A stretch of 64,000 nucleotides of DNA. Origin: Euglena gracilis (taxonomy: Eukaryota). Below, one piece after another: positions 52,127-64,000 of this stretch. The notes under the pieces were generated by a model. That model saw only the letters and a list, made by a program, of their open reading frames with translations. It had not been told where the DNA came from and searched no databases. The stretch lies in the NCBI GenBank assembly GCA_039621445.1, contig CP154954.1, forward strand, positions 11,774,716-11,838,715, in the 5' to 3' direction. The stretch's first letter is position 1. Every line of letters begins with the position of its first letter. The translations under genes were made by a program, and so were the position numbers.

Positions 52127-53981
52127 CTATACGCCCCATCCAGGGGGGGGGGGTCATATTACCAATCCAGGGGGTCGCATAAAAATTTGGGTGATTGACG
52201 GAACAGGGTTAGGGTTAGGAGTTAGGCCGAACTTTAGGCCTAACTGATAGAGAAGCGTTAGGTGTACAAGTTAGGCCAAAAGTGATTTAGCAGGATTCCT
52301 GCCCCTAACCCTGCTCCATTAATAACGCAAAAAAATTTTGACCCCTGAAATGTTTACACACCGCATAATTTGAGCCCCATAATTTGGGGGCGTTTGAAGT
52401 TGGCTCCTGCTGGGAACCTGCACCCCAAAGAGCCACCCAATTAGGCCAATACACATGGGGGGACCCTCGCTCGGCGTCTTCGGCGCCTCGCTCATGTCCC
52501 CCCACGTTTGTTTTTTAACCCTAGTTGGGCGGCTGTTTGGGTTTGCTGAGTACCCAATAGAGGCTACCCCCCCCCCCAATGACGGGGCAGTGCTCTTTGA
52601 GTGGGCAGTGCCCAAGTAACGGGGCAGGGGGCAGGCCGAAAAAGATGGTTCCAACGGGGCACCCTCAGTTTTTTGTTTTTTTTTTGGTCCAAGAGGTTAA
52701 CGACGACGAAAATATTGCGCAACACTTGCCTGCCGCGAGTGCTTCACAGCAGGTTTTGGGGGGGAGGGACAGAAGAGACGGATGGTGCAAGCGGAATCAG
52801 GGATGGGTCGAAATCATATTCAAGGTCTCGGATCTCAGGTTTGGAACACTCGTCGTTCTTCCCATGATGATGGGCAGTGCCCAAATAACGGGGCAGGGGG
52901 AAGGTCAAAAAGATGATGCCAGTAACGGGGCACCCCACCCTGTTATTTGGGGGGTTTAGCTTATCAACGATGAGCAGGACAGGATCAACTGTTTGCAGTA
53001 GAACCTTAACCCGAAACCTATTCCCTCAAATACCTCATGAAATCGTTCTTCTGATCATTTTTTGCAGTTTTGTGAAGCGATAAATGAGGTGGTAACCTGG
53101 AGGAGGCGCCCCTTCAATCGTGACCTGGCGACTGAAGATCAGGTTAGGGGCCTCCTTGGAGGACCGGAGAGAAGCCTCCCTGGAGCCTGGTTACCTGGAG
53201 CCTCCAGGGAGCCTCCTCAGAGCCTTCAAAATGGCAGGTAACCATTTTTGCGGTAGACCCCCCGGACTGGGCTAAATTATTTTTTTACTTGGAAGAGTCC
53301 CCTCCATGAAGAAATGGGGGAGGGGGGTGGATGGGTGGGTCCAGGCCGGGCAGGGGGGGACCAGGAGGTTCAAGTTTTCGGGAAATGCCCTTAAATGGCC
53401 CGATTTTTGGCGGGTCCCCTTGGGGCGGGTGGCCAACCCGGGCCTTGAGAAGAAGCCTGTTTTGGACCCGCACAACCTCATGGCGCGATTCCGACCCACC
53501 GCTAGGGACTGCCCCTCAGAGGTTCGTTTTTGATACAGTTCGCCCAGGATCTGCCCACATCTTGATTTGGCCAACTCTTGGGGTTCTGGGTACTAAAATT
53601 CCTCCTCTGGCCAGACCTCTTTCTAGATGAACAGGCGCTCCCATATCTATACCCATATTTATACAATATGAACATACACACACATATACATACATACATA
53701 CACACGCACCTAAATATATAGTATATATATGTATATATGTTTACATGTATGGCAGCCAATGTGTGTATGTACAAATGGCAGCCATTGGTTATACGACCCC
53801 CAGGGGTCAGAGCACAATTTAAAGCCGAACTTGACAGGGCTAAGTTTGTTCCATTGGGAGAGGGAGGACATTATGGGTCCCGCATTCCTGGGGAGGGGGT
53901 CGCCCCCCCCCAGGCGCTGGGGGTATAAACCAGACTGAGTTGCTCCCAAAATGCACTAAGGTATATCAAGGTCCCGTGCGC

Positions 53982-54122
53982 GGCGTACTGGGTTGGGTAC
54001 ATCACGTGGGACTTCTTGCGGGCCATGATGACCAGGGACTACAGGTAGAAGTTCAGCAGCCGGAACACTGTGATGGTCAGGACCACACACCCGAATTCAT
54101 TTGGCGGCGAGGTGAGGGGTGG
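53982..54122 (-). pseudogene. MAPEG-family (MGST3-like microsomal glutathione transferase) exon with a premature stop
   Basis: After the acceptor CTCTGCAG the frame reads PPLTSPPNEFGCVVLTITVFRLLNFYL*SLVIMARKKSHVMYPTQYA, matching the MGST3 N-terminal pattern E(Y/F)GxVxL...VxxARKKxxVxYPxxY. TAG at 54039-54041. Confidence 0.7.
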
Positions 54123-57063
54123 CTGCAGAGGGTGTGTGAATGCTGGGTTTGCCCGTTTTTATTTTGGTTCACCAGAGTTCTTTGAAGCCCAGCTCAGGTT
54201 TAGCCGCGTCCGGTGCGTGGTGTCAAAACATTGGGCTTTTTAAATATTAACGGAAGGAATTCATCTGCTCTTTCATAAGTTGTATTTTTGGGTGTTGTGT
54301 TGTTGTGTTGTCATTGAAGTAACCATGTCAATTCTGTAACTATATCAGTTCTGCATCATTTAGGGGAAAAAATAATCTATTTGTGAAAAAAGTGCAAGCG
54401 CGGTGTGAGAGGTGTCACCATCGCTTTGGCTCAAAGCTGCCGTCGTGAGAAAAATTCAACTGCAATCAAAAAGAGTTCTAAATCAAAAAGGGGGATTGAT
54501 GTCGGAGGCCCTGGGAAATTTGCAGGACAATTGCCTCTTACTGTGGTGAAACAAAAACTGTGAAACCTTGCGTAAATTGCTGACATTGTCGGAAATCGTA
54601 ATAATGCATTGCCCCTGGAGTTTCACGTAATCGAAATGCAGAAGTCAAATAAAAATCTGAGGGACACAGGAAAAGGCAACGACAGAGTTGGGAAATTGCA
54701 GATCAGTGGTGTGGATGATTGAGGAATGATACCACATTGTGCTAAACAGAGGCTTTCACGCCAGTCCCGCGCTGCCAAGCTGGGTTTCGTGTGGTCGACC
54801 CACCCAACCCTACAGATTCTCGTTAAGAGTTGCTGGGCTAGGGCTGAAAATTTAGGCCAACGAGCAGGGTGAGGGTGCTGGAGGGGGAGGAGCCAAAACA
54901 ACAGCAAAAACACAGGAAAGGAAAAAAGGGCGACCAAGCACTGTTTCAAGAAAGAGTAAGCAGCAACACCAAACCCCCCTCCCACAAACCCCTCAAAGTC
55001 ACATTGTGATTAACAAGTTTTGACCACCTTTTCAAAAGACTTCAGGCGCTTTGCATCAAAAAAAAATTGATGCAAAGCGCTTTTTGGCTGGCCCAGCAAC
55101 AACAAAGCTGTCAGCTGGCTGAGCTAGCATTGTTGCAGCGGCGCAGTTTGGGCAGGCTGTAGCAGCCCCTCTTCGCGGGGAGGAGTCTACCCTGGATGCC
55201 GCTGTCGCCAAGTATCGTGAAAGAAGTTTGGCCCAAGAAATAAAATCCCATCCAAAAGTCAAATCGGGTGTTTCTTCAAACCATATTGGGGTCTTAATTG
55301 GGGGGTTTCTTTTTTAAGGTTTCAGCTGGGAAAAAAAGCCTTGCAAATAGGTCCAAAACAAACAGGATGTTGCAATGCAAAAATCATCCGGGAAAAAAAA
55401 TGGCAAATTTGACACAAGAAAAAAATAAAAAGGCCAGAATGTCACCCATTTTGGGATTTTAAAAAGTAAAAATAAAAAAAATAAAAAAAAAAAATAAAAA
55501 ATAAAAGGAAAAGAAAAAAAAAACAAAAAACAGAAAAAAAAAAGTTTCATTGGGGGTTGCTTTGGAGCTTTTTCTGAAATTCACAGGCGATCTTATTTGG
55601 GGGGGGGGGTGGATTTGGGTTGGGGTCGGCACAAATGAGTGAACACTGACTCAGCTGAATTCTGTGTCATCAGCAATGAGGGGGCCAGGCTAGGGGCCAG
55701 TGCCGGCCAGAGTTGGCTGCCCCAGCAACCTGAGGCATGCGCTGCACATGGGGTGGCCTTTCGAAGGTTTGGGGGTGAGGCAAGGGACGAGGCCAACAAG
55801 GGAAAGCGACAGGGCACGAAACGTTGTCAACACCCGGCCCCCTCAAAATGCATAACTTCAACTCGCAGTTTTAAATCTATTTGTATTTTTGGTGATTTGT
55901 GTTTTGCTGCCGTCTACTTTGATGAAAACATTATCACAAAGAAAATTGCTGGGGGAACACCATGTTATGCACAAACCACCCCAGTCAGCAAGCATGCCAA
56001 GGTTTTCAATTGGTAGGCCACAGGAACAGAAACATGCAACCATCTAAGCAATGCAAAGGGTTTCAATTGGAGAGGCCACAGAAATCAGTTATGGAAAGCC
56101 CGGGGGGGGGGACGAAACAAAAATGGAAAAATCATCCGTGGTTTGCAGCTCCCTGGCAGGGAAAACGGGTTGCCCCGGGGCCAATGGGGGCCGCCACAGT
56201 GGCAGCCGGTGTGGCGGCAAAGGGGTCACGTGGGGCATCACAGAGACAGCGACGGCTCCGGGTGGGCAGGGCAGATGGGCACGCCCTGACGCCGGGCACC
56301 CGGGGCCAAGCAGACTGGAAGTTGGCCAACCCCCCCTCCCCGGCGCCTCCCACCAGAGGTGTGGACGCAACCCACCGCAGGTACTCGTATTCCAGTTTCC
56401 GGTGGAATGCACAACGTTGGGGTCCATGTAACGCCCGACACACTGGCCGACCCAGGGGTGGGGGGGGGCTGGTTTTTCAGAGTGACCGAGTGACTGACTC
56501 GGTTTTCTGGCCCAGACCCCTGAAGAGGACCATTTTCGGAGGGCTGGAGGACCACAATAATCGGGTCGAAAATGCCCCCCCCCCGTCGGCAACATCACCC
56601 TTGTCGGGGTCTGCGATTCCCCATCCCCACCCACGTCGCAGAAGCACCGAGAAACGTTTTTTGAGGAAATGGAGACATGACTTTTTGGGGAAATGTGTGA
56701 TTTTTGGAGGGTTTTTTCCCAAAATTTGACCTCCGAATTTTTCTCTGGGTGATTTTTTGGGGAAATTGCTCTTCCGTGTGAAAATTTTTCCAGAGATTCA
56801 CCTCTCGAGATGTGGAATGACAATCTCTCCAGCATTCACTGCCTTTTAGAGTTGTAAAATGACTGATTGCCAAAGGTTCGATCTCACTTTTTACATTCAT
56901 GCAAAAAATTCTGGGCAATAGTGAAACTTGCACATCCGTCGTTGCTTTTGCAGTGCCAATCCTGGTCAGCCAAAAAAGATGCCGTGGATGAGAGGGGGGT
57001 GTGCAAGACATCAAGCCAACAGGGTGGCTGAGGCTTTTGTACAGTGAAAGGGGGTAAGGCACC

Positions 57064-60000
57064 TCATGGCACACAGCCCCCGGGGCACTCGCACTCGCCC
57101 CCAAGGAAGATCGGTGGCAGGAGGCACCAGAAGCCACAAAAACTGTTGGAAATTTTCAAACAGAAATATTTGTGTATAAAATATTACCAAATGTAGACTA
57201 CAAGAAAAAAAATCATTCAAAAATGAATTAGCCTGTCATATGTCATATTTTCTTATCGTATTAAAATGAATGTGGTATAAAAAAAAATCAAATTATATAA
57301 ATCAAAAAAAAAGTTAAACAGACTTTAAGCCGAAGGGGTGATCAGGTAACCGACGGTTTATTTTAAGCTTCTGGAAAAAAATAAGGGTTACGGCGAGAGT
57401 TCAAGTGAGTATTAATCAGATGGTAGACAAAAATTACGGCAAAAAAGAATATCGTAAAATAGTCTCGGAAAATTTTGAACCTGAAAAAAAAATGGGTTTT
57501 TGCAACAAAAAAAAATTAATCAACCGTTTTTTGTCAAGCCCCCCTGTTTTTTCATTGCGGCACTGAACAAAATCCGGCTATTTTGCCTCAAAAATGCCAC
57601 AAAAGGTAAATCTTTGCCAAAATAGATATTTTTTGTTATTTTCGGGCCATTTTCAACCATTTTCCATCCATTTTTTTGTCACTTTGGGCTGAAACTTCAT
57701 GCCAGAGGGTGAAACTGGTTAGAAAGAATACTAAAAATAACTACTAAAACTACACTGTTATGGTGAAATTATGGTATTTGACCAAAATTTTTGATTTCCA
57801 CAATTCCCCCCCCCAATTTTGCCCACCCTGTAAGATTTAGGCATTTAGTCTGTAAACTTTCCTGTTTTCACCGCATCCCTGAACCTCAAAGCTCAAAGTG
57901 ACACATGGCTGGGTCTTCAAGCAGAAAAAGAATATCATGGCTTACAGATTTTGTCCAGCTCATTAAGAAAAGCTCACCGAGCAACAGATGTACGCAACAT
58001 CACATTATATGATACAAATCGATTAATTTCCTGTGTTTTCTTAATGAAATGGTTAAACAGCGTATGTGACCTTTAAATTACTATGATTATTTAAAAGCAA
58101 TAGTGTCTTCTTACAGAAGGATGACTCCGAGTTTTGTTTCTCAATTGTGGAGGCAAAGATAGCAATCCCTCCAGGTGGACAGTTAAGAGACTCTGTGGTA
58201 GCACCAACAAGCTGGTGATTGGGATGGAGGTGTTCCATATGGCAACAGTGTGGAGGCAGTCTGGCCAAAAGGGTGCCTCCTGAGAGGCAACTGGGCGGGA
58301 GCAATGACCTTCTCGAGGGCCGGGTGGTAGTTGCTGCCCAGGATGCGCACCTTTTCCCGCGTCCGCTGGTCGAGAAGGGGGCTGATAATGTTGTGGGCAG
58401 TGCTCCGCAAAATAAAAGTTGCAACAGTTGAAGACAAACAAGAAAGGGAACAAACATATGGTACAAAACCGCAAGTTTGCCCACGCTGCATTCATGAAAA
58501 AAAATATTAACCGTTGAACAGAAGGCATGCATCAAAGCAATTGGTGGTCTCCAATTCTCTTGGTTTTGTTGATCGAAATGGAAAAAGCACATGAACATCA
58601 ACTCGTCTTTCGGAAAGTGCGGCACCAGGCACTTTGACAGGTTGAGGGTTTCTCGTGTTGTCAGTTGAGTGGAAATGGAACACAGGGGACCACTGGGCCC
58701 ACGCCACCGTCACGATGCTCGGGGCATTAACGACGAAGGCGTGGCAGGTCGTCTCGGCCGCCACCGCCCCCGCTGAGGTCCGAGGGGTCCCGACAAAGTT
58801 GTCGTCCAGCGACCCAGAGAGCGCTGCACAGGAAGGCCTGGGGGGGGGGTCGACCCCCCCACCCACCACAGCATTTTCACGGGTTTTGTTTAACAAATCC
58901 ACCTGGAAAAAATTTTGGGGTCGGAAATTGGTGATCCCGCAAGGACGGGAGGTGGTGGGGGGGTGGGGGAATGGTCGGTCTCCCCACTCATCCACCCTGG
59001 CTGTTTGGCCGATTCCCATCCTGCCCTGGCCCAGACATCCCCGCCCCCAACTGACATAGACGTCTGCCAGCAGGGTCAATGAGAGAGGAATTGGGCCGAG
59101 AGGGTGCCCCAGAGGCAGTCTTCTCTTAGCGAGGTGGCGAATCGGGTAGTGCCGCTTGTCATTCTCAATGATCGCTTTGAGGGCTGCAACAAAAGCAGTA
59201 TGGTGGGCACGCGCGGCAGGTCACAAGGAAACAAAGGGAAACCCCAAAGCCAAAACGACGACGGAGGTTCAAGACAGGCACTGACTTCTTCACAGTTTTG
59301 ATTCTGAATGAAGAGTAGCAACATGCCTCCAAAACTTGTGGAAAAAAACACGTACAAAAATGGCCCCCGCAACCGATTTTGTATGCTCTGTGACCCTCTG
59401 GTTCTAAAAACCCAAATGAGAACCCCGCCTGATGACTTGCAAATAATGTGCTGCACAAATAATAAAAAATAGGCCTCCCTCCACACAATAGTGAAGGCAA
59501 ACGAAGCCAAGAGGACAAATGACCCCCAAAAAAACATCGGGAGAATCAGTAAAAATTGATGCAATTTGGCCAGAGTAAGCATAATAAAAAGAGCTTCTAT
59601 TTTGCAAAACAGCTCAAAGAGCAAAAAAAAAAAGGCTTGGGGACCCGGAGCTCTTGTGGAGCTCTTTTGGGGCATTTCGCCCAAATTCTAACCCACCCCT
59701 CAAATAATAAAGCCACCAGACTCCGACTTCAGGTCAGGGCATTGCTGAAGGACCTCGGAGGGGGGGAAATTTCCAAAATGGTTCAAAGAGCAAATAAAGA
59801 GGTGGCCTTGTTCCAATTTGTCTGCAACTGCCTGGTGAATGCCACACCCACAATTTAATTCAAAGTTAATTCAATGTGACAGAGGGGGGAAGAAAAAAAT
59901 AAATATAGGGTGGAAAAGGTATCACACCGGAGAAAATTGGCTGGTGGAGGTGGGACAGCTTGTATCCTTTGAGGTCCAGCACGTATGTGAACTGGAAGAT

Positions 60001-63000
60001 GGGCCGATCTGACAGACAGATGTGTGTGGTCAATTTGGAGGTGTTCTCAGTCACTGGTCATCCAATCCAAGCAATCCAACCAACTGCAATGGTTGTCTAT
60101 AGATGAAAGAATTAATTTTAATTGATTTTTGGAGGGGCTGGAAATGCACATGGCAAATTGCCATGTCAATTGCAATGGGAAATAGCTCATGATTTGTGAG
60201 AGCATTTCCAGACACAGTCGGTTTACAATGATAATAGTTCCAAATATTTGCACACCGTGATTCCATGATGAGACGTTTCGTGTGGTCAGAATCGATGTCA
60301 GTCAAATGCGGCTGTTGTAGGAATAAATGTTCGGAGTTGTGTTGGAGAAAAAGGGGGAGAGGAAAGAAACGTTCCAGAGACACTTGGGGCCGGGACATAC
60401 GGAGCTTTGCCGTCTGCAGCTTGGTGAGGTGCAGCCCCAGCTCCATCGACAGCAGGTGCCCGTGCAGGATTTCCTCCTCGAAGCTGGTGCCCGTACCGCG
60501 CTCCTTGGCGGCCTCCTTGCCGATCCGCACCATGGCGCGGGGGCTGGGGCCGGCCAGGGAAAAACACGGGTGGGGGTCGTTGGGGGCGGTTATGCAAGTA
60601 GCTCTCGGGGGACGCTGACACATGGTGTGCGGCACACTATGCACACGGTGCCACACACCGTGCCACACCGTGCCACGCACCGTGGCACGCCGTGCCACGC
60701 ACGGTGTCACGACGTGCCACCGTGCCACACCATGCCACACACCGTGCCACACCATGCCACACACCGTGCCACACGCCGTGCACACTTTGCACGCTGTGCG
60801 TCTTTCGATGAAATTTGACCCCAAAATAAATTTTTTGACAATATTCCATGGTCGAATTTTTTTAAAGAGTAGGCCATGAAAGACGCACGGTGTGCACAAT
60901 GTGTGGTACCCGACACTGGGGGTCTTAACATATTCACGATTCGAAGCCAGGGGAAAAATAAAACCAATATCATCCATGAGGGGAACATCCCTTTTTCAAC
61001 AAAAAAATGGCAAATCAAAAAATCAGGCACAGGTCAGTGGGGACAAGGGCAGGTGACAGGTTCATATGAGGACAGGTTAGCAAGTACAGAGGGCAGAGGT
61101 TAGAGGGCAGAGGACAGTTTCCCAGGCAGCGCATTCCCCTGGGGCGCATTTCCCTGGGGGGGCTGTTGAGAACCCCGGGGGTCCACTCGCTAGGCATTGG
61201 AAAAAGCTACTACCTGGACCACCTGGGGGTCCCCTGACTGGAAAAATTATTCCAGCGCTACGTGTTTCTAATGTGCCTTTTTGGCTGATTTCATTCCAGA
61301 AATTCTGGCGTCACTGTGAACCTTTAGCAGAAGCCGGGAAAACTGTGCGTGTCAGCGTCCCCTCTGTCGTATATATGTGTGCATATATGTATGTACGTAC
61401 CATGGACATTGCTCAAAAAAAAATGGGTGTTCACATCACCATCAGGTGTGTTTGAGTATGATACAACCCCGGGAGAGGATCGGGAGAGGTAGGTTAGGGG
61501 GGTGGCATGGAATGGGGGCATGGTAACATTAGCAGTTGGAAGCTTGGGATTCAGGTAGGGTTTTGGTTTGATGTGGGTTCAGGGTATGCTGAAGTTTGGA
61601 TTGGGTCAGCCAAAGGTGAGACTTCTTCGAGGGAGCGACCCTGCTTACAGTGATGCCTTGCAGAATGGACTAAAACCGGTTTCAAAATGCGAGAAGACCG
61701 TATTCCAATGGAAATCAATATGTCGGGTTGTCTTGGGAAAGAAACAGAAAACGGATGGCACCGGCTGTGTGGGGGTGGGGGTGGGGGTCTGCCGAGCCCA
61801 AGGTGAGGATCGGAGTAGCCGGTCCGCTCGATGAACACCGGGTTGCCCTCCCGGTCCCACATGTGCCATGTGCCGTGGTACACCTGGCAAGCAAGCACAC
61901 ATGGAGCGGTGATAGCGGCAGAACAGGCAAGGCTTACACACACACAACTTGTGTTTCCATCACCCACTTCAACTCCAAAACCCTGGACGTTCAGGGGGGT
62001 CGTTGGCAAGCGCTGCCAAACAATCCGTTGGGCGGACCTTCTGGATCTGCTGCAGGAAGCGGTCGGTCACCGGGTCGCTCCGCAACTCCCGGCCGTACAG
62101 GTCGCTGTGGGGGTCCAGGTGGTAGCCCCGGGAGAAGCCGTCGGGGGCACGTCCTTGCACCCGAAATCAGATGGCAGGGTTGCTTCCGACTTCCTTTCAC
62201 TCGCTTTTGGGCACGAGACATTTCTTTGCCAAATGGCAGGTCACGGCAACTTGGCCAAAAAAAAATGCCAGGTAGTGGCCAGCGGTGGGTGTGGAACACA
62301 GGAACTCCTCACGATACGCAAAAAAATACAAAACGGTGCAAAAGCGAAAAATACAAAAACTGCCAGTGTTCCCGACAGGGATGTTCCACTGGGGTCGGGC
62401 AACATCCACTGTACAGTCTGAAGTGAAAGGTCATGTTCAAACAGAGCTGGTGTGGCCCTCAAGCCCCCCCCCCCCCCCGCGGGGTGGAAGAAGAGGTGGT
62501 GCAGTGGTGTGGGTGGGCGCCGGGAGGAAGGGCAGCGTGTCCATCTTGTTCTCCGCCCGCCATGCCAGCGTCCTGTGGACAACATTGGGGTGGGTTTGGG
62601 GACCCCGGGGAGATCAACCCAAACACCAGCAACAGCCCGGCAGCCCAAACCCAACCAGCACATCCCGCCACTCTGGGGCTTGAAATTTCACGGAGGGATG
62701 CACACAACCACAGCAACCTCCCAAAAAATGCCACGGTTGGAGCCTTGGGCTGTAACTTACAACCACCCATTCTCCCCCCCTAACTGATGAAATACCACCT
62801 CAGCCTAACAAGCCAACAGACAGCATACAACAGACCACCCCTCCCTGGTGAGGGTAAAGAAAGGAGCCTTGTGACTGGTTGTTTCTCTTTCTTTTGCGAA
62901 AAAAACCCCAGAAACAGACTTGTTGCAACTTTTGTGTGCGAACTCTTGCAAACTATCATCAGGATTGTCATTTTGGGGGGATTGGGGTATATTTGGGGTC

Positions 63001-63451
63001 AAAGAGGGTAACCCTGGGTGCATTTTGGGGTTTTTTGAGGTGTCGAATTTTGACAAACAATCCTTGACTGATAATGTGGTGGCCAAGGAGGTTGCCGAAG
63101 GAAATAACAAAAGATGAAAGCTGAATAGGAATTAGTATGGAATAAATATCCAGAATATGGAAGGAAGGAAGTGAATGGTGGACGAAAGGAAGCACTTCTA
63201 ATTCGGTTGTGCTAATATCAAACCTGTATCAACTCGGAGAATGCACATTTTGGCGCTTGGGGGGGGGTTCGTCTTTTGGGGTGTTCGTCCGGCGCTGTAT
63301 GTCTGGGCCAAGGATTAGCACACACCGGCCCAGCATGCGGCTCGCGCGGTCGATGTCCCAGGAGCGGGCGCCAAGGTAGCGCCGGAACACAGTGTGCCGG
63401 AACGTGGCGTCCTGCAGGAACTTCGGCAGGGGGTCTACCCCGACGCAGTGC
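57064..63451 (-). CDS. Sec14-like CRAL-TRIO lipid-binding protein, 5'-partial, 10 exons in the window
   Basis: Exons 63451-63326, 62572-~62514, ~62162-62038, 61883-~61810, 60543-60401, 60008-59928, 59183-59143, 58755-58699, 58392-58286 and 57112-57064. They join to give FRRYLGARSWD..ML..TLAWR, DREGNPVFIERTG, VLDLKG, HYPET..FVVNAP..W.IISPLLD.RT.EKV and LPIFLGGECECPGGC*. Confidence 0.93.
57113..58285 (-). other. Euglenid nonconventional intron (1173 nt)
   Basis: tctCAGGAGGCACC ... GGTGCCTCCTGccacc forms an 11-bp terminal stem with CAG at +4..+6 and CTG at -8..-6. Removal restores QLP-IFLGG. Confidence 0.9.
58393..58698 (-). other. Euglenid nonconventional intron (306 nt)
   Basis: gccCAGTGgTCC ... 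GGAgCACTGcccac, with the same CAG/CTG register. Removal restores VAW-NIISPLLD. Confidence 0.9.
58756..59142 (-). other. Non-GT-AG intron (387 nt) with terminal complementarity
   Basis: attCGCCACCtcgct ... agcggggg-cGGTGGCGgcc. Removal restores HYP-ETT. The junction can slide by 1-2 nt. Confidence 0.8.
60620..60790. repeat. Degenerate GTGCCACACC tandem repeat within a Sec14 intron
   Basis: Multiple 10-12-nt units of (CC)GTGCCAC(AC). Confidence 0.7.
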
Positions 63452-64000
63452 CTGTGAACCATCAAAGGGGCCGCCCCACAGCACCATGGTCAAGAAAGTA
63501 TCAAAGAGGCCAGGCAGGGGAAGGGGCCGAAATGAAGTATATGTGGCACATAATTTAAAAAGACGATTGCCATGGTGGTCGCGGCACAAACTTCAAAAGT
63601 TTCCACGGCGGTCGCGGCGCACACATAAACCAGTGCCGCGGCATTCGCGGCGCACAGAAAAATTTTTGCCGCGGCGCTGCCGGTTTCAAAAAAAATTTCC
63701 GCGGTAGTTGCGGCGCACGGAAACATTTTTTCCGGTCGCACTAACTACAAGTATGCACACAGACCTGGGGGAAAAAAAACGGAACGGACGCCCACATCGA
63801 CCACCCAAGTCTATCTGGAAAGTGTGGTTGCTTGTTCACTCCAGTTGCATTGATACGGGGGGGAGCAAAAATGCAAACTGAAAATTTGTGATTTTCAGGA
63901 CTTTGGATTTTGGGTGGGGGTCAAATCCTGCAGTCAAATCCTGCTGCTAGGATTACCCCCCCCCCCGCGCGCGCTTGATGGCACAGCCATGCCGGCACAC

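Noticed and set aside
54455-54481. FNCNQ as the next MGST3 exon
   Set aside because: It is on the wrong strand, upstream of the pseudo-exon, and quickly hits a stop.
55962-57137. Long overlapping ORFs of 180-255 aa
   Set aside because: No domain motifs. Only 57064-57112 is supported as coding, as the last Sec14 exon in a different frame.

Overview
Repeat-rich eukaryotic DNA, almost certainly from a euglenid (Euglena-like), because the one intact gene has introns with the euglenid nonconventional signature (CAG at +4..+6 pairing with CTG at -8..-6). Bases ~2780-43600 are a head-to-tail duplication of a ~16-17 kb transposon-rich unit. Comparing the two copies exposes filled and empty insertion sites. 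Copy A carries a full-length, decayed 7.8-kb non-LTR retrotransposon (5038-12808). It encodes APE, RT, RNase H and a Cys/His motif, and has a perfect 13-bp TSD, an (ACCAA)4 tail, a candidate HDV-like ribozyme at its first base and a 12 x 56-bp array in its 3' UTR. At 44.8-46.9 kb is a nest of (GA)n-associated structured non-coding elements. One is 1.3 copies of an 892-bp monomer flanked by a 51-bp duplication. The window also has several hAT-type (8-bp TSD) and TA-flanked MITEs, a deleted hAT with transposase remnants, a MAPEG/MGST3-like pseudo-exon, and the last ten exons of a Sec14/CRAL-TRIO gene (minus strand, 57064-63451) that mixes GT-AG and nonconventional introns. Most ORFs in the supplied track are spurious. 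All family assignments come from motif recognition by eye; no searches were run.
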